Part shown: positions 37,353-47,030 of the stretch, piece after piece
How positions within the stretch are numbered: position 1 is the stretch's first letter
Layout of the letters: every line of letters starts with the position of its first letter
DNA from: an uncultured Alphaproteobacteria bacterium
Lineage (GTDB): Bacteria; Pseudomonadota; Alphaproteobacteria; Rhizobiales; Xanthobacteraceae
NCBI GenBank assembly: GCA_963760235.1
Contig: CAVXCG010000003.1
Location: 267,879 to 331,878, forward strand
Length of the DNA stretch: 64,000 bases
Direction: 5' to 3'
Notes under the pieces: generated by a model
Told to the model about the DNA's origin: nothing
What the model saw: the letters and a program-made list of their open reading frames with translations, nothing else
The model's database searches: none
Made by a program: the position numbers and the translations under genes

Positions 37353-37972
37353 CGCCTTGGCGGAAAGTTCGTGCCATTGATGCCGCCGGCCGGCATCGAC
37401 GGCCCACCGAGGACGGTCAGTGTCGTGCCGCGGCGCCGGAGCGACAAGCCGTCGATCGCCCCGCGATTTGCCATCGCCCCGGGCCGACTCGCGCCGGGCA
37501 CCAGCACGTGCGGCGGCGCGACGCTGCCGCTCGTGACACCGCCGACGCCAGTTCCCGGCCCACCAAGGTGCTGCGTCGGCGGATGACTGGCGGGCGTGAC
37601 GCTGCCGCGTTGGACGAGCTCGCGCCGCGCAAGCGGCTGTCCAAGCGCATCGCGGCCGACAACGCCCAAGCCAACGGGCGGGGGCGCCCCGTGAGGAGGC
37701 GCGTGTTCGCCCGGAATCTTGAATGTCCTGCCACCTGCGGCAGCGTCAGCGCGGCCGCCGTTGCCGGATTGCCGCACGCTGGTCGGCGTATCAGCATCGA
37801 TTTTCGCTTTGCTGCCGGTCGCTGGGGGCGGCGGCGATCCGCGCGCTTCGCCTGCGTGGTGACGCGGCTGCTCCTGCGCAAAGACCAGCGACGAGGCCGC
37901 GACACCGGACAATAGCGTCACAACGACCATGAGCAGGATTTGACCGCTTTCCCTCTTGGTTATCTTCGTCAT
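37349..37972 (-). CDS. Secreted Gly/Pro/His-containing low-complexity protein, last gene of the RND operon
   Basis: ATG 37972, 7 nt after the RND stop. Signal peptide MTKITKRESGQILLMVVVTLLSGVAASSLVFAQ. The mature part is disorder-like, with scattered His (PRHHAGE, GEHAPPHGAPPP, ASHPPTQH, APPHV). Confidence 0.5.
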   Translation of the reverse strand: MTKITKRESGQILLMVVVTLLSGVAASSLVFAQEQPRHHAGEARGSPPPPATGSKAKIDADTPTSVRQSGNGGRADAAAGGRTFKIPGEHAPPHGAPPPVGLGVVGRDALGQPLARRELVQRGSVTPASHPPTQHLGGPGTGVGGVTSGSVAPPHVLVPGASRPGAMANRGAIDGLSLRRRGTTLTVLGGPSMPAGGINGTNFPPRR

Positions 37973-37979
37973 TGCACGC

Positions 37980-40900
37980 TCAGTCGCCGGTTTGCGGCTG
38001 TTGCGGGGGCGCGGGATGGTCCGCACGGTCGAGCCACATCGTTTGCAGCGCCGGCACGACAACCAGGAGAATGATCGGTCCGATGAACATACCGCCGACC
38101 ACGACGGTCGCCAACGGCCGCTGCACCTGACTGCCGATACCGCTCGAAATGGCCGCCGGCAGCAAGCCGATGCAGGCCGACAGCGCCGTCATCAGCATCG
38201 GACGCATCCGCTGCGAGGCAGCGTGGAACATCGCCTCGGTCGCTGCCAGCCCACCCGCTCTTACCTCGTTATAATACGTCATGATCAGTATGCCGTTCAT
38301 CACCGAGACACCGAACAACGATACGAACCCGACCGCCGCCGAAATGCTGAAATTCTCGCCGGAGAGATAAAGCGCCAGGACGCCACCCCCTGCCGCGAAC
38401 GGAATGCCGGCGAGCGCCATCAAGCTGTCGCGCAGCGAGTTGAACAGCGCGTACAGCAGCACGAAGATCAACAGCAGGCTGATTGGCACGATGATCGCAA
38501 GCCGCGCTTTCGCCTCCTGCAGATCTTCGAACTCGCCGGCCCAGATAAGACGATAGCCGGGCGCCAGTTTGACGTGCTCGGCAATCCGCCGCTGCGCCTC
38601 GGCGACTGCCCCGCCGAGATCGCGACCGCGGACGCTGAATTTCACCGGGATGTAGCGTTCTCCCCCCTCGTGATAGATGTAGGACGCGCCGGTATCGAGC
38701 GAGATGTCGGCAAGCTCGCGCAGCGGAACGTAGCCGTTGACGCCGGAGGGCGTCGAATACGCGATCTCGATATTGCCGACGGCTTGGATGTTGGCGCGAT
38801 ATCGCGCCGGCAGCCGCACTACCACGCCGAATTGGCGATCGCCCTCGAGCAGCGCGGTGGCCTGCGCACCGCCCAGCGCCGCCTGGATGACCGTATTGAC
38901 GTCTCCGGTGTTGAGCCCGTAGCGCGCGGCCTTCTCACGATCGACCTTGATGTCCAGATTCGGCTGGCCGAGCACGTGGAAGATCGCCAGATCGGTGATG
39001 CCTTTGACCTGCTGCATTTGCCGGCGGATTTCGGCGGCGAGACGCTCGATGGTCGGCAAGTCGCGGCCGATGATTTTGACCGCGTTCTCGCCCTTCACGC
39101 CGGAGAGGGCCTCTTCGACATTGTCCTCTATGTATTGAGAGAAGTTGAAGTCGATTCCCGGCAACTCGTTGGCTAACTCGCGTTGCAATTGCCGGATCAG
39201 GTCGGGCTTGTTGAAGCCGACCGGCCATTGGTCGTAGGGCTTCAGCGGCACGAACAGCTCGACGTTCGAGAACGGCGAGGCGTCGCTGCCGTTGTCCGGC
39301 CGGCCGTGTTGCGAAGTGACCGAGACGACCTCCGGATGGCGGAGCAAAATCGCCCGCATCTTCGCCACTGCCGGCTCGCCGGCCTCCAGACCGATGGTCA
39401 GCGGCATCGACGCGCGGATCCACAGATTGCCCTCTTCCAGCGTGGGCAAAAACTCGCTGCCGAGCCGCAGGGTGAGCAGTCCGGTCCCCAGCAGGAAGGC
39501 GGCAGCGAACGCCAGCATGATCCTGCGATGGTCCAGCGACCAGCGCAGGGTGGGCGCGTAGAGACGGCGCAGCGCCTGCACCAACAAGGTTTCCGCCTCG
39601 GCCACGCGCTCGGGAAGCAGATACGACGTGAGCACCGGCGTGACGGTGAACGTCGCCAGCAGCGCGCCGGCAAGCGCCAAGCCGTACGTTCGCGCCATGG
39701 GATTGAAGATCTGCCCTTCCACCCCCTGCATGGTGAACAACGGCACGAAGGCGGCCACTGTAATCACGGCAGAGAAGAAGATCGCCTTGTCGACCTGCAG
39801 AATGCTGGCGAGAACGAGCCGCAGTCGGTCGGTCCATGCGCGCGCGATCGCCGCCTCCGCAGGCCGCGTCGGATCGGCGCCGAACCGCCCGGCGGCGAGC
39901 TGCTGTAGCAGGCCTTGCCGGTCTTGCGGACCAAGCTGAAAGTTCCGGAACACGTTTTCGACCAGTATCACCGCGGAGTTGACAATGATCCCGAAGTCCA
40001 CGGCGCCGACCGAGAGCAGGTTGGCGTCGTGGCCGGTCAGCACCAGAATGCTGACCGCGAAGAACAGCGCGAACGGAATATTGGCGCCCACGATCACCGC
40101 GCTGCGCAGGTTGCCGAGAAAAACCCATTGAATAATGAAGACCAGTGCGCAGCCGAAGATCAGGTTATGCAGCACCGTCTGGGTGGTGACCGCCACAAGC
40201 GATGTGCGATCGTAGTAGGGAACGAGCTTCACCCCCGGTGGCAGCGAGCCGTCGGTGTTCATCCTGGCGATTTCGGCTCTTATGCGGGGCACAACGTCAT
40301 TGGTATGGAAAGTCCTGCCCATGACCACGATCGCCAAAACGACGTCGCTGTCATGGTCCTTTCCGGCGATGCCGAGTCTCGGCACGTGACCGACCGAAAC
40401 CTTGGCGACGTCCTTGAGCTGGACCGGAACCCCGTTCTGCTGGGCAAGCACCACGTCTCCAATGTCGCGGACGTGATAGCCCTGAGTGAGGTCCTTATTC
40501 CCCCCGCTGTCGAACAGTCCGATGCCGCGGATGTTCACCGACTGCTGGCCGACCGTGATCTCGCGACCGCCGACATTGACGTTAGCATTGCCGAGAGCGG
40601 CAATGACCTGCGGCATGGTGAGGTTGTAGGCCTGGAGTTTTCCGAGATCGACGTCCACGTCGTATTGTTTGGTTGTGCCGCCCCAGGCATTCACCTGCAC
40701 CACGCCGGGAACCTGATAAAGCCGACGTGCCACGATCCAATCCTGCACGGTGCGCAGGTTCGCGAGCCCGAAATGCGGCGGTCCCGTCACCTGATAGCGA
40801 AACACTTCGCCGGTGAGGCTCGATTGCTGGACCTGGGGAACCTGGCCGCCCGGCAGAGTGACGTTCTGCTGCAGGCTGGCGATCGTCTGCGTATAGGCGA

Positions 40901-41213
40901 AATAATAATTGACGCCGTAGTTGAAGGTGATGCGTATGAACGACAGGCCGTAGAAGGAGGTCGACCTGATGTTCGCCACGCCAGGCGTCAAATAAAGGCC
41001 GACCTCGATGGGGATCGTATAATATCGCTCCATCTCCTCTGCGGAGAGGCCGGGTGCCTGAGCGGTGACTTCGAGAATGACGGGCGCGGGGTCCGGATAG
41101 GCCTCGATGTTGAGATGGTCGAAGGCCATCAGGCCGCCGGCGATAAAGACCAGCATGCTGAGCAGCACGATCGTTCGCCGGCTGAGCCCGAATGCCAGAA
41201 GACCCTTCAGCAC
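37980..41213 (-). CDS. Heavy-metal-efflux type RND permease (CzcA/CusA family)
   Basis: 1077 aa. The N-terminus reads MLKGLLAFGLSRRTIVLLSMLVFIAGG...NIEAYPDPAP. The TM4 signature is DFGIIVNSAVILVEN. Confidence 0.9.
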   Translation of the reverse strand: MLKGLLAFGLSRRTIVLLSMLVFIAGGLMAFDHLNIEAYPDPAPVILEVTAQAPGLSAEEMERYYTIPIEVGLYLTPGVANIRSTSFYGLSFIRITFNYGVNYYFAYTQTIASLQQNVTLPGGQVPQVQQSSLTGEVFRYQVTGPPHFGLANLRTVQDWIVARRLYQVPGVVQVNAWGGTTKQYDVDVDLGKLQAYNLTMPQVIAALGNANVNVGGREITVGQQSVNIRGIGLFDSGGNKDLTQGYHVRDIGDVVLAQQNGVPVQLKDVAKVSVGHVPRLGIAGKDHDSDVVLAIVVMGRTFHTNDVVPRIRAEIARMNTDGSLPPGVKLVPYYDRTSLVAVTTQTVLHNLIFGCALVFIIQWVFLGNLRSAVIVGANIPFALFFAVSILVLTGHDANLLSVGAVDFGIIVNSAVILVENVFRNFQLGPQDRQGLLQQLAAGRFGADPTRPAEAAIARAWTDRLRLVLASILQVDKAIFFSAVITVAAFVPLFTMQGVEGQIFNPMARTYGLALAGALLATFTVTPVLTSYLLPERVAEAETLLVQALRRLYAPTLRWSLDHRRIMLAFAAAFLLGTGLLTLRLGSEFLPTLEEGNLWIRASMPLTIGLEAGEPAVAKMRAILLRHPEVVSVTSQHGRPDNGSDASPFSNVELFVPLKPYDQWPVGFNKPDLIRQLQRELANELPGIDFNFSQYIEDNVEEALSGVKGENAVKIIGRDLPTIERLAAEIRRQMQQVKGITDLAIFHVLGQPNLDIKVDREKAARYGLNTGDVNTVIQAALGGAQATALLEGDRQFGVVVRLPARYRANIQAVGNIEIAYSTPSGVNGYVPLRELADISLDTGASYIYHEGGERYIPVKFSVRGRDLGGAVAEAQRRIAEHVKLAPGYRLIWAGEFEDLQEAKARLAIIVPISLLLIFVLLYALFNSLRDSLMALAGIPFAAGGGVLALYLSGENFSISAAVGFVSLFGVSVMNGILIMTYYNEVRAGGLAATEAMFHAASQRMRPMLMTALSACIGLLPAAISSGIGSQVQRPLATVVVGGMFIGPIILLVVVPALQTMWLDRADHPAPPQQPQTGD

Positions 41214-41253
41214 GCCGTGCTCCTGGCTGCTTCGCGCCGGTCGATCGGCGGAG

Positions 41254-42468
41254 TCATTGTTCGCCTGCTGTCGCCAGCATGTTGCTGAGAAAGATGGCGC
41301 CCTCGGTCGCCGCCAGCTCGCCCGGCTGCACCCCTTGCAGGATTTGCCGGTAGCCGTCGGACTGCTCGCCGATCTTGACTGCCCGCCGCGTGAAGTGGCG
41401 GCGGTCGGCGGTCACCCAGATCGTCTGCGTCCCGTCGCCCTCGCGCACGACGCCGTCGAGCGGAATTGCGGGGGAGTGCACCGGAGCGCCGACGTCGATC
41501 GTGAATTCCGCAAACATGCCCGAGCGCAGTTCATTCCGCGGGTCCTTGATCGCCGAGCGGACCAGTACGCGCCTTGTATTGGGATCGACCGCGGCTGCGA
41601 CGGTCGTCACGCGCGCGTCGAAGACGCGGCCAGGAAAAGCGTCGACCCTGACCCGCTCCGGCTGCCCGGCATGGAAGGCCGGGCTGTCGGTCTCGGCAAC
41701 GTTCGCCAAGAGCCACATCGTATCGATATTGGCGACCGTGTAGGGCGCGGGCGCGACCCCCGGCTGCACCAGCAATCCCGGCGCTGCGTTACGGGCAACG
41801 ATTCGACCGGCGATCGGGCTGGGCACGACAAGGGTCGGATCGGCAATGCGCTTGGCGATGATGTTGTCGATGTCGGCGTCGCTCTTGCCGAAGATGCGCA
41901 CCGCGTCGCGGGCCGCCCGCAGATTGCCCTCAGCCGTCTGCTGGTCGGAGGTGGCCTGCTCCACCTCGCGCTGCGAGACCGCCTGCGTCGTATAGAGCCC
42001 GCGAAGCCGCGCCAGATTGCGCGTGGTCAAATCCAAGACGCCGGCCGCAGCGATCAGCGTCGATTCCGCCTGCAGCAGATCCGGGCTGGCAATGGTGAAG
42101 AGTGTCTGGCCCTTTTTTACATCGTCGCCGACAACGGCGAACAGCGCAATGATTTTGCCCTGGTAGGGCGTAAAAACCTGTACCGCCATGTCCGCGTCGA
42201 AATCGATGCTGCCCACCGCCTCCTTTTCGACGGGAAAGTCACGCTCTTCGACCGGCGCGACCTTGATGAGTTCGAGTTGCGGATTCGACAATTCGAGAGT
42301 GTCTCGATTGCCTGCCCCCGCCGGCGCCGCGGCTTCCTGGGCATTCGCCGGTGCAGTCGCATCGAGATCGAGTAGCAGCGCGTTGCCGGCGCCGGCAGTG
42401 CGCAACGCGATGAATACGGCAGCCAGGAGCAGACCGAGGGCCGCTGCTGTGGCTCGGCTGTTCGTCAT
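41254..42468 (-). CDS. RND efflux periplasmic adaptor (membrane fusion protein, CzcB/CusB-like)
   Basis: 404 aa. It has a signal/anchor, a lipoyl/hairpin/beta-barrel pattern (GQTLFTIASPDLLQAESTL...), and lies upstream of the RND permease. Confidence 0.85.
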   Translation of the reverse strand: MTNSRATAAALGLLLAAVFIALRTAGAGNALLLDLDATAPANAQEAAAPAGAGNRDTLELSNPQLELIKVAPVEERDFPVEKEAVGSIDFDADMAVQVFTPYQGKIIALFAVVGDDVKKGQTLFTIASPDLLQAESTLIAAAGVLDLTTRNLARLRGLYTTQAVSQREVEQATSDQQTAEGNLRAARDAVRIFGKSDADIDNIIAKRIADPTLVVPSPIAGRIVARNAAPGLLVQPGVAPAPYTVANIDTMWLLANVAETDSPAFHAGQPERVRVDAFPGRVFDARVTTVAAAVDPNTRRVLVRSAIKDPRNELRSGMFAEFTIDVGAPVHSPAIPLDGVVREGDGTQTIWVTADRRHFTRRAVKIGEQSDGYRQILQGVQPGELAATEGAIFLSNMLATAGEQ

Positions 42469-42688
42469 CAGGGGGACCCCCCGATCCAGATTGAGTCAGA
42501 TGCCGCGAGCGCCGCGGTGCCTCGACCGTCCGACGACGCCGCCTGCACCGTGTCTCGCAACGCGTCGATGTCAATCTATTTTGTGAACAATTTAAGATCG
42601 CCCGCCGGTTCTCCGCAGCTTTGTGCCAAATGCAGGGGTCGGACCGCGCCGCGCGGCCGGACCGCTACGCGCGGCGGATTTTGCCGCC

Positions 42689-42708
42689 CTGTGTCCGCCC
42701 GGACACAG
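42689..42708. promoter_or_regulatory. Perfect 8-bp-stem palindrome in the divergent RND/OMF intergenic region
   Basis: CTGTGTCC-GCCC-GGACACAG, 73 nt upstream of the OMF start. It is not followed by a T-run, so it is more likely an operator than a terminator. Confidence 0.3.
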
Positions 42709-42780
42709 CCAATAATCGCCGGATGGGAAATGATGCGGCCGGCGGGCGCAGCCGCGCCTGCCTTGCAGTAGCGTCAGTCA

Positions 42781-44331
42781 GTGGTGATTACCGTGGCGGT
42801 CAGGCCGTTTGCCGCGAATGCCGCCGCTTTGGCGGCCGTCATGCTGCTGACCGGTTGCGCGGTCGGGCCGGACTTTGCTCAGCCGGCGCCACCGCAAATC
42901 ACCCGCTACACGCGGGAGCCTCTGGCCTCGTCTGCAGCCACCGGCGGCGGGCCGGCGGGCGGGCGACAGTATTTCGAGCAAAGCCGTGACGTGCCGGCGG
43001 GCTGGTGGAAGCTGTTCAAGTCACCGGCACTCGATGCGCTCGTCGAGCGGGCGCTGCGCAACAATCCAACCGTGCAATCCGCACTGGCGACGCTGCGCGC
43101 GGCGCAGCAAGCCGTCTATGCGCAGGAAGGCAAATTCTTCCCGCTTGCCCAGCTCAACTTCAATCCGACGCGGCAACAGACCTCCGCGGCGCTCTCCCCC
43201 GTCCCTTCTTCGGGCGCAAGCGTATTCAACCTCTACACCGCGCAGGTCCTGGTGTCGTACACCTTCGATGTTTGGGGTCTCAACGTCCGCACCGTCGAGG
43301 CACTCAAAGCAACGGCCGACACCCAGCGCTTTCAGGTCGAGGCCGCCTATCTCACGCTCACGTCGAACATCGTCGTCGCAGCCATCACCGCGGCGTCGCT
43401 GCAGGCGCAGATCGACGCCACCGAGCGGATCATAGCGCTCAACACCAGGATGCTCGGCACGCTGCGCAGCCAGCTTAATGCTGGCTATGCCAACCGCAAC
43501 GACGTGGCCGTGCAGGAGGCCGCGCTGGCCCAGGCCAGGGGCCTGCTGCCGACCCTGCAAAAAGCTCTCGACCAGCAACGCGACCTGTTGGCGGCGCTCG
43601 CCGGTGGATACCCGAGTGAGGAACCGCGCGAGATCTTCAGGCTCGGCGACCTGCACCTGCCGGGCAATCTGCCGGTCAGCCTGCCGTCGCAACTCGTCGA
43701 GCAGCGTCCGGATGTGCGCGCGGCGGACGAGCAGTTGCACGCCGCCAGCGCCCAGATCGGCATCGCCACCGCCAACACGCTGCCGAGTTTCACCATCAAC
43801 GCCAATGCCGGCTTCATGAACACCGCGCTGCAGGGCCTGCTGGCGCCGCAAAACGAGTTTTTCATGCTCGCCGGCAATGCCACCCAGACCATCTTTGACG
43901 GCGGCACGCTGTTCCACCAGCTCAAGCAGGCAAAAGACACATACCAGGCCGCCGCGTGGACCTACCGGGCGACCGTCATCGGCGCCGTGCAGAACGTCGC
44001 CGACAGCCTGCGCGCTTTGCAGCATGACGCCGATGCGCTCCGCGCCGCGGTCGCGTTCGAACGTGCCGCAAAAATCAGTTACGATCTTGCCCGCCAGCAG
44101 ATGCAATCGGGCAACGCCAACGTGCTCTTGCTGCTCACCGCGCAGCAAACCTATCTGCAGTCCGTTATCCAAGTGGTGCAGGCGCAAGCGGCGCGGCTGT
44201 CCGACACGGCAGCGCTCTATGTCGCACTCGGTGGTGGCTGGTGGAATCGAGCCGAGCCGCTGGTGCAGAAACGGCTTGATGTCGGCACCGACCGGGCGCT
44301 GCCAATTCATCCGCACGGCGACGGATTTTGA
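42781..44331 (+). CDS. RND efflux outer-membrane factor lipoprotein (NodT family)
   Basis: 516 aa. Lipobox LLTGCAVGPDF, then two OEP repeats. Confidence 0.85.
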   Translation: MVITVAVRPFAANAAALAAVMLLTGCAVGPDFAQPAPPQITRYTREPLASSAATGGGPAGGRQYFEQSRDVPAGWWKLFKSPALDALVERALRNNPTVQSALATLRAAQQAVYAQEGKFFPLAQLNFNPTRQQTSAALSPVPSSGASVFNLYTAQVLVSYTFDVWGLNVRTVEALKATADTQRFQVEAAYLTLTSNIVVAAITAASLQAQIDATERIIALNTRMLGTLRSQLNAGYANRNDVAVQEAALAQARGLLPTLQKALDQQRDLLAALAGGYPSEEPREIFRLGDLHLPGNLPVSLPSQLVEQRPDVRAADEQLHAASAQIGIATANTLPSFTINANAGFMNTALQGLLAPQNEFFMLAGNATQTIFDGGTLFHQLKQAKDTYQAAAWTYRATVIGAVQNVADSLRALQHDADALRAAVAFERAAKISYDLARQQMQSGNANVLLLLTAQQTYLQSVIQVVQAQAARLSDTAALYVALGGGWWNRAEPLVQKRLDVGTDRALPIHPHGDGF

Positions 44332-44383
44332 CGGGCGGCGCCGAACGCCGGGCGCAAGCGGCGCCGGGCAAAAACCGCATCAC

Positions 44384-46460
44384 TCAAAACTGATAATGCA
44401 CGCGGGTGCTGAACACCGAAACCGGCCCGCGATCCTCGTTGTAGCCGGGATTGACGACGAACTGATAGTCGGCGGTCAGATGCGTCGAGGAGGACAGTGC
44501 GTAGTTGTAATAGGTCTCGAAGAATCTGCTCCGGCCCCGGATGCGGCAGCATGCCGTCGCCGACAAGAATGCCGAGCCCGCCGTCGTTGAGAAATTCCTC
44601 GTGGATTTTGGATATGCCGTTGACCACGCCGGCGATGCCGACCGTGTCGTCCGGCCGGTCCCATTGCTTGCCGTTGATCGACACGCCTCCCGACACCGTG
44701 CGGTCGATATCGGCGAAATCCCACGGCTCTACGCTGCCGTCGGCCCAGCCGGCGCGCGCGAACACGCCGACAGTCTCCGTCACCTGCTGCTGCAGGTTGA
44801 CGCTCACACCGGGCCTGCTGTCATAAGTGCGCACCGCGTTGATGTCGGCGGTCCCGCCGGTGACGGCGGCGAGCGCGATGGCGTCGGCGAAATATCCGGC
44901 GCGGCCGCGATTGAGGAAGCCGGTAACTTTGAGCGAGCCCGGCTGGCCCCACAGTTCGTAGCGACGCTCGACTTCGCCGGCGAGCTCGAATTGACCGAAA
45001 GTCGGATCGAGGTTGAGGCTGTCGGGACTGATGCCGCCGGTCGGGCTGGTCGACAAATCGAAGACGCCGCCGCGCAGTGTCCAGTCGCCCTGGTACCACT
45101 CGGCGGCACCGCCCAGCGTGTAGCCCCATCCATCGGCCGCATAATCGAACGTACCGGCATTGATCAGCGACCAGTTGAGGAAATCGCTTTTCGGGTTGTT
45201 GGCGTATTTGTTGGTGTCGAAAATATCGACGACGGAGAACCTGCCGAAGGTCAGCACCAGGCGGTTGGCGGTTTGCGTTCCGGCGAACTGATTGATGTCG
45301 GCATCGACCTTCTCGCTCTTGCCGCCGAGATCGATGGTCTCGCGGATAAACGCGCGCTGCAATCGCGCGTACGGATAATCCGCGCCAATCTTGTAGGCTT
45401 CCGCACTGGTAAAGCCAGCGATCCCGTGTGTATCGCCAAGCCCGAAGCCCTGGTCGAGTTCCGGATTGATCCACAATTGCGCGCCTTGCCACAACCCGAC
45501 GCCGGCATAAAGCGTGGCATCGAAGGTTTCGCGGCCTTCACCGGCGCCGGGCAGACTATTGGGTCCGGCATACGGCGAACGAAATGAGGGGTAGCCTTGC
45601 CAAGTCAGCGTGGATTGGCCGCGAACATTGATGTCATCCATGTCGACGCCGGACTGTGACGCCGCGCTCGGCTTCGCCGGATCGCCGCCAAAATGATAAT
45701 TCAACCCGGCGCGCAGCTCTTGCATCGACCAATTTGAAGTAAATCGCTCTCCGGCGATAGGGAAGCTCGCGCTGCTGTTGCCATAACTGGTGAAAAGATA
45801 TTCCAACCGCGCGGTCCAGTGCGGTATCACCGGCGCTTCCACGCCGGCGCCGGCGGCATAGCCGAAGCGCCAGAGAAACGGCGATTCGGTCGCACCGCTT
45901 GCGAGTTGTGTCAGCGTCCGCTGGTCGTAGCTCCAGGCAAAGCCCCCGGTTGCATAGATGAGCCAATTGCCGGGCGCGTAACCGATGCGCCCGCGCAACG
46001 TGCCGAAAGCCCGCGCGGATTCACCGTAGCTTTCCGCCCTGCCCGCCGGCGAAACGAGCCCGGAACTGCCGCCGATGGAAAAGCTGGCGAGATTGGGAAA
46101 GGCCGGAAAGGAGACATCGGCCTCGCCGCCGATCACGAACCGGTTGGGCAGCATGTCGTTGTAGCCGGCCTGTACGCCGCCGAAATAGCTGCCGCTGTCT
46201 GTGAATGCGTCGTAGGGTTGAAACAGCGAAAATGAGCCGGAAAGCGTCGGAGCGGCTGCGCTGACCGGCGTCGCCGACCAATCGGACCAGCCGGCGGCAT
46301 AACCGAGATGCGCGCCGACGTAGAATCCAGTCCAATCATAGGCGCCCGGCGCGGCAGCAATCGGCGGCGCCTTGGTCGGCGGCACAGACGACAGGTCCGC
46401 ACCGTCGGCGCTTTGCGCAAGCGCGACGAGCGCCAATCCGGTTAGTAGCACGCCCCGCAT
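44384..46460 (-). pseudogene. Fusion porin: N-terminal 8-stranded OMP beta-barrel module + OprB-family carbohydrate-selective porin; last ~45 codons out of phase
   Basis: ATG 46460 (MRGVLLTGLALVALAQSADG). The Omp25-like module runs from AYDWTGFYVGAHLGY to LRAGLNYHF. The OprB part follows (GQSTLTWQGYPSFRSPYAG...). The canonical end ETYYNYAL..DYQFVVNPGYNEDRGPVSVFSTRVHYQF is in ORF 44384..44566, with the junction at about 44515-44535. Confidence 0.75.
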
Positions 46461-46580
46461 CGAAGCCCCCCAAGCCCCCGCTCTCGGCGCCGCGTGGCGG
46501 CCGCCCAGCCTACCGCCTGCCCTGCTACAATAGCGTGACCGCGCGCCGCTTCGAAACCCCCGCCCGGAACGCGAAGGCAA

Positions 46581-46610
46581 GGCGGGCGGGCGGGCGGGCG
46601 GGCGGGCGGG
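46581..46610. repeat. Tetranucleotide microsatellite GG(CGGG)7
   Basis: Read directly from the sequence. It lies between the divergent porin start (46460) and the dmeR-like start (46717). Confidence 0.95.
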
Positions 46611-46665
46611 TGAGCTGCGAGACAAGTGCGACACGCGGCGGCACTCGACTTTGCGAGCCCCCTCT

Positions 46666-46710
46666 TATACCCTACCCCCTATGCTATTTATAGGATACCC
46701 CCCACCCTAT
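46666..46710. promoter_or_regulatory. Two C-tract boxes flanked by AT-rich inverted repeats (candidate RcnR/DmeR-family operators)
   Basis: TATACCCTACCCCCTAT (46666..46682) and ATAGGATACCCCCCACCCTAT (46690..46710, ATAGG/CCTAT inverted). They lie immediately upstream of the CsoR/RcnR-family gene, in an otherwise GC-rich context. Confidence 0.5.
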
Positions 46711-46716
46711 CACATC

Positions 46717-47001
46717 ATGGTGTCAACCTTGTCTCATACCAAGACCGAGCAACTGAAACTGCTCAACCGGGTGCGCCGCGTGCGCGGCCAGATCGACGCG
46801 CTCGAGCGCGCGCTCGAAGGAGAGAAGGGCTGCGCCACGGTGCTGCATCTCATCGTCGCGGCGCGCGGCGGCATGAACAGCCTGATGACCGAGGTGATCG
46901 AGGACCACATCCGCCTGCACGTGGTCGATCCAGCCAAGGACGCCGAGCGCGAGCGCGGCGCCGAAGAGCTGATCGAGGCGGTGCAGGCCTACCTGAAATA
47001 G
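46717..47001 (+). CDS. CsoR/RcnR/FrmR-family metal-sensing repressor (DmeR-like)
   Basis: ATG 46717, 94 aa: LLNRVRRVRGQIDALERALEGEKGCATVLHLIVAARGGMNSLMTEVIEDHIRLH. The 4-helix DUF156 pattern with conserved Cys and His is present. Confidence 0.8.
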   Translation: MVSTLSHTKTEQLKLLNRVRRVRGQIDALERALEGEKGCATVLHLIVAARGGMNSLMTEVIEDHIRLHVVDPAKDAERERGAEELIEAVQAYLK

Positions 47002-47030
47002 CCGCGCTGGCGAAGCGGCGAGGAACCGCC

